Shown here piece after piece: positions 41,956 through 56,744 of a stretch of 64,000 bases of DNA. The DNA comes from Lytechinus pictus (lineage: Eukaryota). Where the stretch lies: contig NC_087251.1 of NCBI RefSeq assembly GCF_037042905.1, positions 2,978,001 to 3,042,000 on the forward strand. The letters are read 5' to 3'. Each line of letters starts with the position of its first letter. The first letter of the stretch is position 1. A program made the position numbers and the translations under genes. The notes under the pieces were generated by a model that was not told where the DNA came from, did not search any database, and saw only the letters and a list, made by a program, of their open reading frames with translations.

Positions 41956-42539
41956 TTAGAACTATGCACTATCACAACTTATTCGTCATGCTCACAATAA
42001 AACATTTTGTTTGTTGAAATAAGGAGCTAATATTTTTACAGTAAAGCATTTTATACTGGCTAGTTTAATACTAATTGAACACCTATTTCCTAATTTTAAA
42101 CAAAAGTTTTTACAGTTAAACAGCAATATTCAATGTTTAAAAATTTTATTGTTGAAAAATATAATATTTTTGTCTAATTTCAAAACATTAGTTTGAAAGA
42201 GCAGCCGATAAAAAAAAAAAAGCAATTATTTCAGAGTTCATACCATTCATACAGTATATATTCTTTAAAATAATTCAACTTAGATTTTATTTCCAACAAA
42301 AATAAATATAATACAACAATCATTACATACAAAGAGCAATGAATTGTACACTAAGTATGTTTTCTGGGTTGAGTAATGAGCACAGTCGAATATATATTCA
42401 CTACACAATATACGTTTATAAAATGAAAAGGAATGCCAACTTTCGTCGAATCTTTAAAAACAAACTTTACAGGATTCCGTAAAATCAGTTGGCTTGTTCT
42501 TGCATCAGGTTCTGGATTCGATATGCCTTCCGGCTGAGT

Positions 42540-45500
42540 TTATATGTATGGATTCTTGAAGCGGAAATGAGCTGGAATCGTTCGGGAACGCTCAGGTCGA
42601 CTGACTGGTGATTCAGGCGGCGTCTCCAAAGCAAGTTGCTGTTCAGATGAAAAAAATATATATATATATATTTCATAATACAGCCGTATGATACACAGCC
42701 ATCTCCATGGTGACATTGTTCGGAAAATATACTTTACACTGACATTTGAAAATAAAATATGCATTATAATTTCAGAAATGATTTAGGGTGATTAAAATGA
42801 TCAATGTACCTCGTACATTGTAGTTCAGCCGGAAGACAGCATACTCATGGCTGACGAGGGTGGTGTTATTAGTGGTGGTATGATAGTTTTAGGTTTGGGA
42901 GGGCCTATGTAATTTTGTTTTGAAGACTTATCAGTGCTTTTTGAAGTAACTCTTCCCCTTGTGAGTTTGTTCCAGTGTGTAAGGGAAGAATGAGTTCTCT
43001 AATTGTGTTGTGGATATTAAGGTAGAGTTTATGTAGCCATGATGACACCTAAGCGTCGGTTCATTAAAATATATATATAAAAATATCGATGTATCTGAAA
43101 AATATGTAATCAATTCATGTTAACAAACAACTTTCATCATATAATCCTGTCAAAATTTCACAGTAAAATATTCACGAATCTTAATACTAGTAATATTGCC
43201 CAAAGTATACACGACTGGTTGTTCAATATCGTGCATATCGTATTGGAGATGAGCTGAAAATTATAGTAATGAGGGGATAATTAATATGCATGATTCAATA
43301 CAATATTAAAAAACTATACCTGTAAATGAAGAGGACCATTGCGATTGCCTTGTTTACACTCCTTCCTCTTGGAGTACAGATATAACTATTATTAAATAAT
43401 TAGAACAAAAAAGATAGAAATGTGTCAACAATCGTCTCTGTCTATACTGGAAACTACAAAGTTTGAATCCATGTCTGTTAGCCGCCTAGTGAATAACTGA
43501 AAAAATAACGGTTTTAAGTCACCTTAGTCATTGAACATTTCGACTCAATTAAATGTGTGTTTGTTATTTGTTTGTTCTCAGTCTTCATAAAAGGGTAATG
43601 TATTTTTGTTTAGATTAACAGGCAAGTATAGTCTTTACCTCTCTTATCTCTTTTTAAAGAAATATCTAAAGAAAATGAAAGGGTTTAGTAATGAAAAGTA
43701 AGTGAAGTTAGTTTGCAAGAACATCTTACGATAAAATGTCAACGAAAGTTATAAGGGTGGTCACTGTAACATAAAGGTAATAGATGCGTAAACTTTTAGC
43801 AACTTTTACGTACGAAGACGACGATGCACACGATAATGACAATGAAACCGATAGACCCTACTACAGCTCCTATGATCATAGACATATTATCTCCCCCTGT
43901 ATTCGACAGTTCCTCCGTTGGATGTTCAATCTCAATCACTGTAAACTTAGATGATATGACAATGTATGTTTGACCTTCGAATGTCACTTCTAAGTCTCCA
44001 TTCTCCACCTTTATAGAAAGAGAAGGTTTACACATGAGCGTTAGATCAGTATGATTTTAAGCTTTCTTTTTCTTATGAAAGAGTAGACCCTACTTAGAGA
44101 AAGAATATCATTTAAAGAGGGTTGATGTCAAAGATTTATTCCTGAATCGTATAATGTTAAATGAATGAAATCATGAAATAACTTTAAATAGTATACAAAA
44201 ATGTACATTACTCTTGAATCTTCCTCCCATTTTCCTCCTTACATTGACGAGAAATAGACATGATCATGATAGACTGATAACTGATAAATTGGTGATTTGT
44301 TGATCTGATTATACATTCCTTTCATTTTAACCATATTCTTGACAATGATAGACATTAAAAACACGAATGGCAGTTTAAAAATGCAAACGGTTTTTACTTT
44401 TGAACGTTATTTCTAATCGATGGCATTAGATAGGTCTTCATTAGATGTCGAATATTATGCGCTATATAAGCATATATTTTTAGTATTATTTATGCAGTGT
44501 TCAGGAGTAAATTGTAGCCTTCTACGATGTTTGAAATAAACACTTACCTTATTTTCTATTGCTTCCTTTATAACATCAACGCTGATTTCCTCTGATGAAT
44601 TCTTGACAATATTAAATTGCAGATTCATTCCTGTGCCATTGTCAGGACTCATCTTTAGATATAAAAGGCGGCAAATATTGGAATTCTTTATTATACAAAG
44701 TCGTTAATCAGTGGTTTATATAGTATGACAAAATAATAAACCATTTGTTTTCTGTCGAGGATAATTAACGAGTAACGAATTTCAAAATAAAAGCAATGAT
44801 TTATAGGCCGTTTTCATTTAGTTTCTTTAAAAAAAGAACGTATCATGTCCATGAAGTGTGTCCTACCTGGTGCCAAACACCACCCTGTTGTCCATTTCTC
44901 TTGGATATATGATCAAATTATGCATAATGAAATACAACCATACTAAAGAACTACATGTATAACACTGCAAAAATGATGGTGTTAATTTAACACCAGCCTG
45001 GTATTTATATTGGTCCGTCCCAGAGAAGCGTTGAAACAACACCAGTTAAGAATCAAATCGATATTGGTTTAACACTAATTAGTATTGCTTAAATGCCAAA
45101 TTGGTGTTAGCCTAACGCCAAACCGGTGTTGTTTCAACACCTCTCTGGTGTGGACCGATCATAGATACCAGGCTGGTGTTAGATTAAAACCGGTGTATTT
45201 GCAGTGAGGGAACATATACTACATAAGGCGCCTTGATCATTCCTCGGAGTGGATATGTGCGCATTATAAATGTGCTTGTTGTAAATATTATTATTATCCA
45301 AAGTTAGCATTTCAATTCATCCTGAAAATTTCACTCAATATAGCTCTATTTAAATGCCTATTATTATTATTTATTATTATTATTATCATTATTTACTTAC
45401 TTCAATATTCTGAATCTGCGAGTTTCCAAGTTTGAAAGTTTGGACCATTCCATTACGAAATGTGCTGTTAAAACGAATCCAATAATTTTAATAATGCGAA

Positions 45501-48500
45501 TCAATAATCATGTCTTGTTATTAATAACATCCATAAAATAGTGCAGATCTATACTAAAACATTAAACAAATTCTTAATAGGTAACTTTTTATTACCCATA
45601 GTGACTCTTTTTCTGAAAAGTATTTAGCAGTTCATAGTGAAGATAAACATGGTTGTAATAATATAGTTCTATAAACAAAAGACTGCTTAAAGATCATCGA
45701 ATGGCGTTAGATATTCCATTGGAATGCTTCATCCAGCAGCATATCCAGATCGAAAAGTATTGAAAAGGGGGAACATGTTTGAATCATTCTATATAGCAAA
45801 TATGCATTTGAAACAAATAGTAATTAACTTACTCAATAAATTCATTTTCCTTTCCTTGTGGGATACCTTTGTCCAATTCAATGGTAGCTTGTGAAATTGC
45901 AGGACTATATAAATGAGAAGAATATTAATAAGAAGTGAAATCACACAATACCCATTTTAGTTCCAAAATATACAGAAAAGCGATGATGCGTTGTTATAAA
46001 AAAAAAATAGATCTAATGACAATGATGATAACGGGTAACAATAAATCCGATTTACAAAACGCGTTTGAGCAATTTTAAGAAAATATTCATGCGAGACTCT
46101 ATGAGGTATAAATAGCATGAGAGTGAGACAACATTTAAAAAAAAGTACAAACAGCAAGCATATATTGAAAATACGCAATATAAACTTCTTATCCAATTAT
46201 GTGTTCTGTTTGATTGAGTGGTTCAACATATTCCAATTCTGTGTTCTGTTTTGTACGGTTCAACATAATTATTCAAATTCATAACCCGTATGTGAAAACA
46301 TATTTGTTGTTAGGATGCCGTGGCGTAATAACCAAAAATATGGAGGGGACCAGACATGGTGTGTGGGGCAAACATTTTTAGAAAGGAAAATTTGACCTGT
46401 TTGATACTAAAAAGATTTATTTTGTGATAACGATAACCATCTTCACTGTCACCCGAAAAGGGAGTATTATTAGGGGAAAGGGGTGGAAAGTGTTGACCAT
46501 TTTCGTTATGTTTCTTCTTTTAAGAGGAAAGTGGACAATTCTGTTAAGTAAAGTGATAAAATAAAAACAGCTGTTGCAAGTATACTGATTCATAAAACAG
46601 ATTGTATTGCTATATCTGATATGACTTAATACAAACATGTATTTGAAATAATTATTCACTTACTAGATGTCTATGGTGATCCATTCAGATCATTGCAAGA
46701 AAGGGAGAGAATAAAAAGAAGAATATTATAAGACCTACATCACATACTATTTGATATGTTTATTCTTACATACTACAAACAATTTTAATCGTCAAAAATT
46801 AAGGTTTATACATTAAAGAAATATACATAATACAAACACGATGCAAATATACAGCTGTGTTGAGATAATATTCGTCAATATTATATCAAAGCACTTTATA
46901 TAAATTCACGTATTCATCACAAATTTATTTCCTTGGTCTTGATATATACTCTTATGCATAAAAACAAACAATTTTTTCTTGTCGCAACGCAGCTCATTCA
47001 ATTAGGTAACGGGTTATCTTGTGACACAACTATTATATCTATTTGATCAATGTACATATATTTTTTTTTGTAAAGCTGTGCACTGTAATACATATATTAT
47101 CAATTAATCGCTAAATGAAATGACCTATTTGGATCATCATTGCATGCGCATTAGACTGACTAGGAACCAATCAGAATAGTGTTATAATACTTACCACAAT
47201 TACTCGTTGTGCATTGCCAGTCGTTTTGTAAACATGTACTGTGAGAAATGGGGATAAGTCAAAACAAAATTTAACAAAATCTAATTTCAATTAATTCATT
47301 TCCTATAATGAGTGTCTCAAGGATATTAGAGATGGCCCTATATCAATGAAATTGATTCTAAACCGACCAGTACTATTCTGTCACTGTAAATAACGTAAAA
47401 GCTGTGGTCGGACTGGAGCTAATTTCGCTAGTTTGTCTGCGCTATAAATTTGAGTTTATTTTACTATTATTATTGTTGTTATTATTTATTCGGCAAATAA
47501 TTGATTTTTTACTTTCTAGATTTCGAACTAGGAATATTGAGTTACAAGTCCCAGCAAGATATTTTCATGTCTCCTACCCCGTTTGTTATCTTTCTATTAT
47601 TAATTGAAAAATCACTGTCACCCCTGCCCCCGAAAGGTTGAACCTATGACTATACTTATAATTTAATTGAAAAATTATTGATATAAAGATTATTAGTCGC
47701 TGTTAGTTGTTTTATCTGTTTATCTTCATGACTTATCTCCGCCCCCTCACGGCCCTGGGAACGATTTTTTTTACTGGGGCTGCTGAATTTGTGTAAATTT
47801 GAAAGCCCCCCCCCCCCAATAAAATAACAAAACAAGGTTTTTACACATCTTCCAGAATACCGGGGGGTGCCGCCCGTGCATGGAGAGTAATACACGCAAC
47901 ATCCCCAAGGAATTTAATTTTTGCGCCCCCTTGGTGGAGGCCAGACAAATAAAAGTGACATTTTCGTGTTATTGATTCCTCGGCGGACGACGATGTGGTG
48001 AATGTAAAGTTGGATAGTTTATATTTTCATCAAACAAAATATGTACGATTTAGATTTTCCCAAAGGTAATTTGTGCCTTATTCACATGAATATGTTTATT
48101 CGTTTGAATAGTTTCTGTTAATATGCGGTGATTATTCTATTCATATAGATGTTATACAAAGACGCTTACCATAGATTACAGTGCTGTGGGCGAATGCTCC
48201 ATTCTTCGTATGGCGTAATACCGTACATACAAGTATTGTCAACTGTTATAACATTGGAAAAATAGGAGGAATTTCCTCTATTATTAAAATTAGAATAATT
48301 AAAATTGAAAGAAATATCAATGCTTAATCAACCACAGTTTTACACCCCTCGAAGGATTGAGGCATTACAATTACAGTAAGGTGGTTTCTTAGCTTATAGT
48401 GGAAATTATTATTCCATTAATGGGCGGCTAACCGATTTAGCCCCTGGAATTGGATGAATCATAGGCCATCAATTCAGGATGTCAGAATGGGGGCAGCAGA

Positions 48501-51500
48501 AGATTTTCAAAGTTTGTCCAACAAAAATAAAATAAAGCTAACAAAAATAAAAAAGATAGGGTCCGACTCCAAAAGGGACACATTTTCACCCTCACTTTAT
48601 ACGGGGATATAAGAGGGCAGGGGCACGTCATTATACATGGTACTCTTTGTGTAAAACTGTAGAGAGAATGTCCTCACCCCTCACACCCCCTGGATTCAAG
48701 CCTGATCAAAATGACTTTATATTGTGACCCATCTTAAACTGAGGAAAAATCAATTTGATTTAATTTTTATTCACATACATTTTCAAACGTGTTCTAGAAA
48801 ATGCTACATGATTTTTATTTGCTAGACTTACCACAGTCATCAAGAGGAGCGCAGTACCAGCGACCAAACTGACAAAGACTAAAAATCAAACAAACATAGC
48901 AAGTAATGAGAAATAGATAATAAAATAATGATAACAAGAATAATAACTCTTATTTACCCAGGGCAGCCACTTTTAGCTGTAAGCTGTTCTTCCAGCGGGC
49001 CCTGCATAACATTATTACCCTTCTGAATTCTCATACGTCGAGCGCCTGACAAGAAGGCAGAAGGTCTTATTTTCAAGTATTTGGTATGACTCGTCCGGGA
49101 ATCGAACCCACGACCTCCTGTTATGTCCGGATATACAGATACACTGTATATATCAGTGAATAGAGAGTCTAACAAAGTTGATAGATGGAAGCTGACATAT
49201 TGGATATTCGTTCATTGTAAATTTATGTTTGTGTTTGTGTTAGCCTATAAAATGAAATATAAGAAGTGAAATGCGTATCCATTTTATACAAATATGAAAG
49301 AATAACTTTTGTTGAGAATGTGGTTGAACTTTATATTAAATTCAAATTAATATAGTAATTTATAAGGTATGGTTTCTGAAAGTTATTTATGAAATAAGAA
49401 GAATTTCATAACAAGATTGTTTAGACTACCATGTTGAACATCTATCGTCTCTTTGAGCTCCTACGTCATATAGCTGATCATCATGTAGACATACACGACC
49501 TGAATCATATCAAGAAAATGGATTAAACATGAAGATTGAACAAAATTTTCAGTTTTTTCACGTTATTAAAAACATAAAATACGATGTAAATTCATAAAGA
49601 GCATTGACAAAAATGAACACTAATGTCAATCCCTTTCTGCACTATATCATTTCAAATAAATAAAAATTATCTCTAATAAAACAAATAAAATCGGTACCAT
49701 TGCGTGTGATTCTTGTAAAGTAGAAATTATGTAACGCCTGTATATAAATAACTTTTCTATCAAGGATGTAACAATGACGTCATACTTACTGCAATCGATA
49801 TTTGTACACAAGGTGATACCATTTTGACAAGCACTGTAGTAAAATGAAAATAGGTTGAAAAATATTTTACGAAATCACATTGAATAACTCTATCAATTAT
49901 TTCAGTTCAGTGGCGTAAAGAGCCAAAACTTTTGAGGGGGCTAGATATGGCATATTGCGTAAATCTATTTAAAAAAAACAATATTTTTATCACATGAAAA
50001 ATCAAATTTTGTGATAGATTTTGACGTTAATTCAGAAAATAATTTCATATTTCGCCTTTCTTTTTTGGTTTCTTTGTGATTTTTTTTTTTTTGGGGGGGA
50101 AGAGACCCCCAAGCCCCCATCTGTACGCCACTGTTTCAAATGTTAGATTCCTGAAGGTGATTCGTTGTTCAAGCAAGACAATCAGACGGTAATAAGAAAA
50201 TGAATAAAATTCCCCTTCTAATACAGATGGCACAAAGAAAATAAAATGATAAGGTGTGAATACTATGTGGGTAAAGACTCCCCCACCTACCATGTATTGC
50301 AGTCTTCATACCAGGTCTCATTGTTGTTATATACATTTCCATCAGCATAACATTCTGAGGGAGAAAAAGAAGATAAGAGCAGGGATGACACGTGAAGATA
50401 GAAATAAAGACAAATGATTTCAGAAGTAGTAATATGACATATTACAATATTCTTATGTCGAGTACGTGTATTAACTTTTAATTGTTGTCGATCAGTATAA
50501 CGATAGACCAAATGCTGATTAAATCACCCATAGATCAAAGTTTCTACCATTAATTGGTCGCAAGTCCCCCCTCCATATATATATTTTTACAAAATGTTTC
50601 GTATATAGTCAAGTTGGTTTAAAAAAATGCTAGTTTCTATGTTTGCAGTGTAGCTGGCCAATATCAACATGATCAGTTAGTTTGATCTTAAACATGAAAT
50701 GATTTAAATTTCTATCGACGACAGAAAAAAAATCATACATTTGCTTTATTGTGTTATCATGAAAAGTACAATAAACTTACCGCATACATTAGAAGTACAA
50801 CCCCATTCGGAGTTATCACAAACGCTATGGGAGAAAAAATATTCCTGTTAGCAATCATTATTCTTATTTTGTCAATTAACCTGTAATTTAAAGGCTGAAT
50901 CAGTGGATAAACACTCAAAAGTAAAATGTTCAATAGAAAGGTTGGAGGAGTGACAACCTTTTCCAAGTGTTTTTATCCAACCTTGCATAAAGCTAAGTCT
51001 AATTTAACTGTTGGGTCGAATCATTTAAACTGGTAAATGCAACATTTAGAAAAGCTTTCAATTGCTGCTTTAACATTTAGGTTTTAAGAGTGAGCTGTCT
51101 TAATAAAATTTTGAAATGAAAAATGTAATCAAATACCTATTCCAAACATTGATCATTAATAATGCCCCCCAAGGCTTTAAGGCATTTGTATAGAAAGAGA
51201 TTTACCATTCTCCACAACCTTCGTTTCGACTTTCTCCGTCTTTAAACGTTTGATCTCCGAATGAACAATCTGAAAGATATAATTTGAACAGCTTTCTTTT
51301 AGTCCAATACCATCTTAATCATTGGAAAAATCTATTACGGCTTTAAAGTCTTATTCATGGGGATTTTAAAGGTACATTACAAGTCAAACTTGCCTTAGAT
51401 GAAATGCAGTATTAGGTAAGATAATTTCAAAGGACGAATTAAAATCCCATGGTTGTGATGTGCATAAATCCAAATATAATGATTCTAAAAATTAAAATTG

Positions 51501-54500
51501 ATTGAGGGTCGTACGTCATTATGAAAATAGTAAAATTAAAGGCGAAAGGTATCTCCCAAGATTTAAACACAGCTCAAAATATAAACAAAAACATATATAT
51601 GATATCATAGCTTGATCCTATTTGAATTTCATGTAACGTAAATATTCCGATGTACGCATAAATGGTATCGCTCGGTGTACGCATGAATGGTATCGCTTTG
51701 TTTTTTATGTGCATGCCCACCCACTCAAATGATGAATAAAAATCGGACACAAAACAGAAATACATTAATGACATATTTTGTTGAATTAAATTTAAATGTA
51801 TTTTTATACTAAATATAAATGTATTTATAGTGTGTGGCAAATAAAGTCAATTTAGAATGTTTGCTAAAGAAAACGAATGGAGACGAAAAAAAGAGTTTCG
51901 AACACAAGAACCAATTACGAGTGTTACATGTACATGTATATCAATAAATTGTATCGTTCGTTACAAGCCACATCAACATCATGTAATAACATTTTTTTCG
52001 AATAATAATTGTAATAAATACTCACCTCGAACATCCGTAGCGCATGTAGTCCCAACAAAGAATGTTGGACAGATACAAAAGTATATATTAACAATATCAA
52101 TACACGTGCCATTATTCAGACAGGGATTGGATTTGCAAGACTTGCTCTCGCTAGATTGGACCGTCGTAAATGAAGGAATGGCCGAATTGGTCGTAGAAAT
52201 AGTTGGAGATTCCCCTAATCAAAAGGCGAAAGAAGAACATAAGCTTGTATTATTTTGGGGCCACTTTCTTAACGGGAAAGGTGTTGTGATGTATTCCTGA
52301 TATTTGGGCAACACCACTGTATGGATATTCATTTACATGACGACAAAATGAATGAGTGCTCTTTCTAAAAATATTCATGATTAACTGCATCAAACACGGC
52401 ACGCGTATTTACGGAACTTAAAAGCAATTCCTTTATTTCAGTTGGTAAATTTCTAACAGGAAATTTGCGTTAACTAAAACTTTAAAATTGTGAAATATAG
52501 GCCCGATCAAAACATTTAGGATTTCGTTAAGGTTATTATTATTTTCATTCATTTGTAAACTAAAGAATGCAATTATTCAATTTAAAAAAATCACTAAAAT
52601 TACTACAATTTCCGATCGATCCTAAGAAAATAGTTGGTAACTCCTTTCCAATGAAATATGAACTAGAATTATGTGTACATAAAAGAGAATGGGCACGAAT
52701 CACGACCATCTTTACAAATTTAGTGAGTTTCTGTCTACCTTTTTTTTTTAAAACTTTATTATTTATGAGCCTACCATCAGCGGCGAGATATTGACAGATG
52801 ATTCCAGTATATTCTTGATGACAGGTGCATATATATCCAACAGGTGAATGTGGAGATGGTGTACATCCTCCACCATTAATACAGGGGTTAGGTTGACACA
52901 CAGCAGTAGCTACAAAGATAATCAAGTTACTACACTGCTGAAAAGAGTACATACCATCTATCAGGTGATTTTAATTAAATATTATAGATATATGGACTGC
53001 TTTGAGAGGCATGGTTGTTTCTAGAGGCTCAAGGGGACCGCAACGCGACTATGCACGAGGGCTTTGCCCGAGGGCATGGTCTGGCCGATGCGGTACCCGC
53101 GAGCCGAATTGAAACAACCATGTCTCGAATATAAAATTAAAAGCAGTCCATATATATTTTATGAACCGAATTATTAAACATTAGATCTAACGTTAGGGGC
53201 TAGTCTATAAAATCTAGATCTAAAAGCCCTGGCCCCAAGCTAACGTTAGGACTTAGGTCTAGGCCCTTACTTAGCCCTGACCCTGAAGTTAGGTCTCAAA
53301 GTCGAATATCATAACTAAGCAGTTCCCGAGCAGTTCATACCGATAGGCCCTACTAGGCCTAGATCTTGATATTTTTAGGAACCAAATTACTAATTAGGTT
53401 CTGATTCTGAATAGGGTCTAGGCTAGATCTAACGTTCAGAAATAAATCACTATTAGAGTGTAATCTAACGTTAGATCTAGGCCTACAGTCGACTAAACCT
53501 ACGTCCTAACGTTAGATCTAATAACTTCTAAGGCTAAGCTAACTAACGACAATTAACATTAGATCTACCCGTCATAACGTTGTCGTTTGTCATACCTAAG
53601 GCTAAGTAACGAGTAACGTTATGTTAACCTTAGAAAGTGCAGTGACCGTCTAATCTTTTCACCCGACTCACCTTTTGCGACTGCGAGCATGCATTTGAGC
53701 GGTCTGCGACAAGACTTGATGATTGATACATCCGTTATGTCCTTAATAAGTTAGTTTTCTTTTAAATAAATGCCATTTATTTTAACAGGAATTAACAAGC
53801 AAAAGTCAAAGATCGGCATCGTTCCATCGATATGTCAAATCCGTTGCGCGCACTTGCGCAATAAGCGCGTAAATGTGCGAATTGTCTAAAACTTTCGATC
53901 AAATCGCGCGGATATTTATGGTATCCGCAATCACCGCAGAAAGCAACATTTTGCATGCAATCAAATGGGGATCTCAGCCAAATTTTGCTATGCCCGTCGT
54001 TAAGGGGCGGGTCAGGGGGCAACGGGCAGAAATCTTGTTAACTATGCCCGTTGCCCTTGGTTACCACCTTAGTTTGTTGTTTTGAAGGCATGGTCGTTTA
54101 CATGACCTCAGTTTTGACCAATCAGAGGAACGGATTGTTCGACATTCTTAAAGAGAGGTTTATAAACATAAATATATTTCACGAAGTAAAAAATGATAAT
54201 TAAGAAAATTATGGTTGTCTACTTCCCTCATCCAATCCAATAAAAAAAATCCAATTATGGATTTATAAAGCCCAAATATCTGTTGCCTCGCCGAATACAC
54301 TAATAAGACTAAAACGTTATAAATTGTTAGCAACTAACTTATAAAGCAACCTGAAAAAGGCTATTAATACTTTAATTTTCACTTTTAAGGCCTGATAGAA
54401 AGAAAAACGTATATTCAGTTTCGAAGCGGTATTATTTGTATAACTTTTTTTGTTCATTAGTAATTTTTTAACTATTTCATTTTTTGGGGGAGTGGCGCTC

Positions 54501-55555
54501 CAAACTCAAGATTTTTATACAAGCAATGGCTATCTAAACTTAATAGGCCATCATCAGATATCAAGATGGAGAGTTTATCTCTTTTGTGAAATATTTCTTT
54601 GTAGCCAGCCCTGCGCTTCATGATTATCGTATTGGCGAACAATTTCAAAATCTTCCAGTCACAGAAGTTAACAAAAATACTTAGTAATGAGGTTCTTGTG
54701 CCATTTTTGTGTCTGGGTAGTTTACTCACTACAGCGCTATGATAAAATGAAAGTGAACATCTTACGTGGAAGTTTGATACCACATGTGACTCCAGTAAAA
54801 CCAAGAGGACATAAGCACATCGGGTAGAAATTACCCAATGAATCTGGCCCTTCAAGTACACACGTGCTCTCACCCTCACAAGGATTCGATTCACAGTCAT
54901 CTGAAATCAATTCAAATATCAAGTAAAAAAGAACCATAATTTTATCGTCTAAATGCAGAAATGCTTATGGGATATGCATGTGTATCAGACTCAATTTTAT
55001 TCAATTATAAAATAATAAGTAATTGTTCATTCCCTGCATAATAATGTCTTGCCCTTCGAAAAAACGAAACGCAATATCTGTAATACAACTACGACACTTG
55101 AGTGAGCTTCTGTTAATGAGTGTAATACAACAATGTCCACCTCTTTCTTATACATTTTTTTTCTTTGCTTCTTCCTCTTCTACATCATTTTCTTCTTTGC
55201 CGTCGTCATCATCATCTTCCTCTTCTTTCCACTTCTTTTTCTCCACTTCCATTTTCATTGATTATTTAGTTATTCATTCAATTTCGCAATAATCCAGTTA
55301 CACCTGTATAAGCTCAGTTCATTACTTAACAAAAATAATTTTGTGTATTACTACTACAGGTAATGAAACATATAATTACATATTTGTGCAGCAGTTGTGG
55401 GTTGTGGAAGTAGTATTACTTCGCAAAGCCTCCCTCCATGTCCTGTAGCACATCTACATATGAAGTCAGTAGCATCGACGTTCCGCCAGCACACACCACC
55501 ATTCTGGCACGGGGGTGGATAGCATGGATCTAAAAGAGAAGAAAAGTTGAACGAG

Positions 55556-55614
<59 letters not shown>

Positions 55615-56703
55615 AGGGGGGGGGGAACGGGGGAGGATGTGAAGTGTGGGAGGATGGATTTTAGTCGATTTGAATAATTTCAATGGATGAAACGATTGTA
55701 TCTTTAAAAGCATTTAAAGCTTCACTCAAACGATCACAAAAATAACACAGTACGACAATACGCCAGACGGTGGCCTGTACTTATAGAGAAGAAGAAGAAG
55801 AACATTAATTAAACTCAACATGCAGAGAGGGTCAATTATTACATGAAACAACATTGAAACAAGGATAAATCTTACGAAATATAATCAATATTGATAAAAT
55901 CTTTTAATCAAAATATATCATATAGTTAATATGGGTATCGCAATTTCAACATGCATTATTTTGAGGGGAACTGCATTTACAAGCAATACTTTTCAATATA
56001 TCTCTCAATTTACAAAGCTTTAACTTGACTTGAAAAAGGCAAATCCATATCGTATGCTACTATAGTTTACACAAAATGTTTTAATGTATAACATCGTAAT
56101 GCCGAATACCTTCCTTTCATCATTGTACGTCCACCGTTTTCGGTATTTTTTTAATTCAAAGGGTATCAATTATGACAACGGAAATGAAACAAGAAACAAA
56201 ATCTATAATAAAGCCAATCTGAAATTAAATGCAATCAGTATGGTCTCTGCATTTACTTCACACCATTTTTCTCTCAAGTCACATTTCTATGTCCCAAAAG
56301 TATCTAGGCTTATATGATTATAGCAAAACGGTTAACGTTGAAGTTTATTAAGATTTGTATGCATGATAAAGTAGTTTATGGAATTAAAAATGTCGTTTAA
56401 AACATAATAACTTTTTAAAGAAAAATTTCGAACATAATTTGTTCCTTCAAAATAAATAGATGCTCACCTGTTGATTCGCATCGTTGACCGAGGAATCCCT
56501 GGGCACACTCGCAAACCTGGACATTCGTATCGAATGTACAAGTACCACCATTTAAACAAGGATCTGATAAACATGATGGCTCTATAATGTTACATATGGA
56601 AATAATATGAAAAAAATTAATGTGCAACGATGTTTTAGAGGTAAAGATAACGGTTTGTGGTAATAAGCACCCGGACCGTGTAATGCTACAACTACAACAA
56701 CAA

Positions 56704-56744
<41 letters not shown>

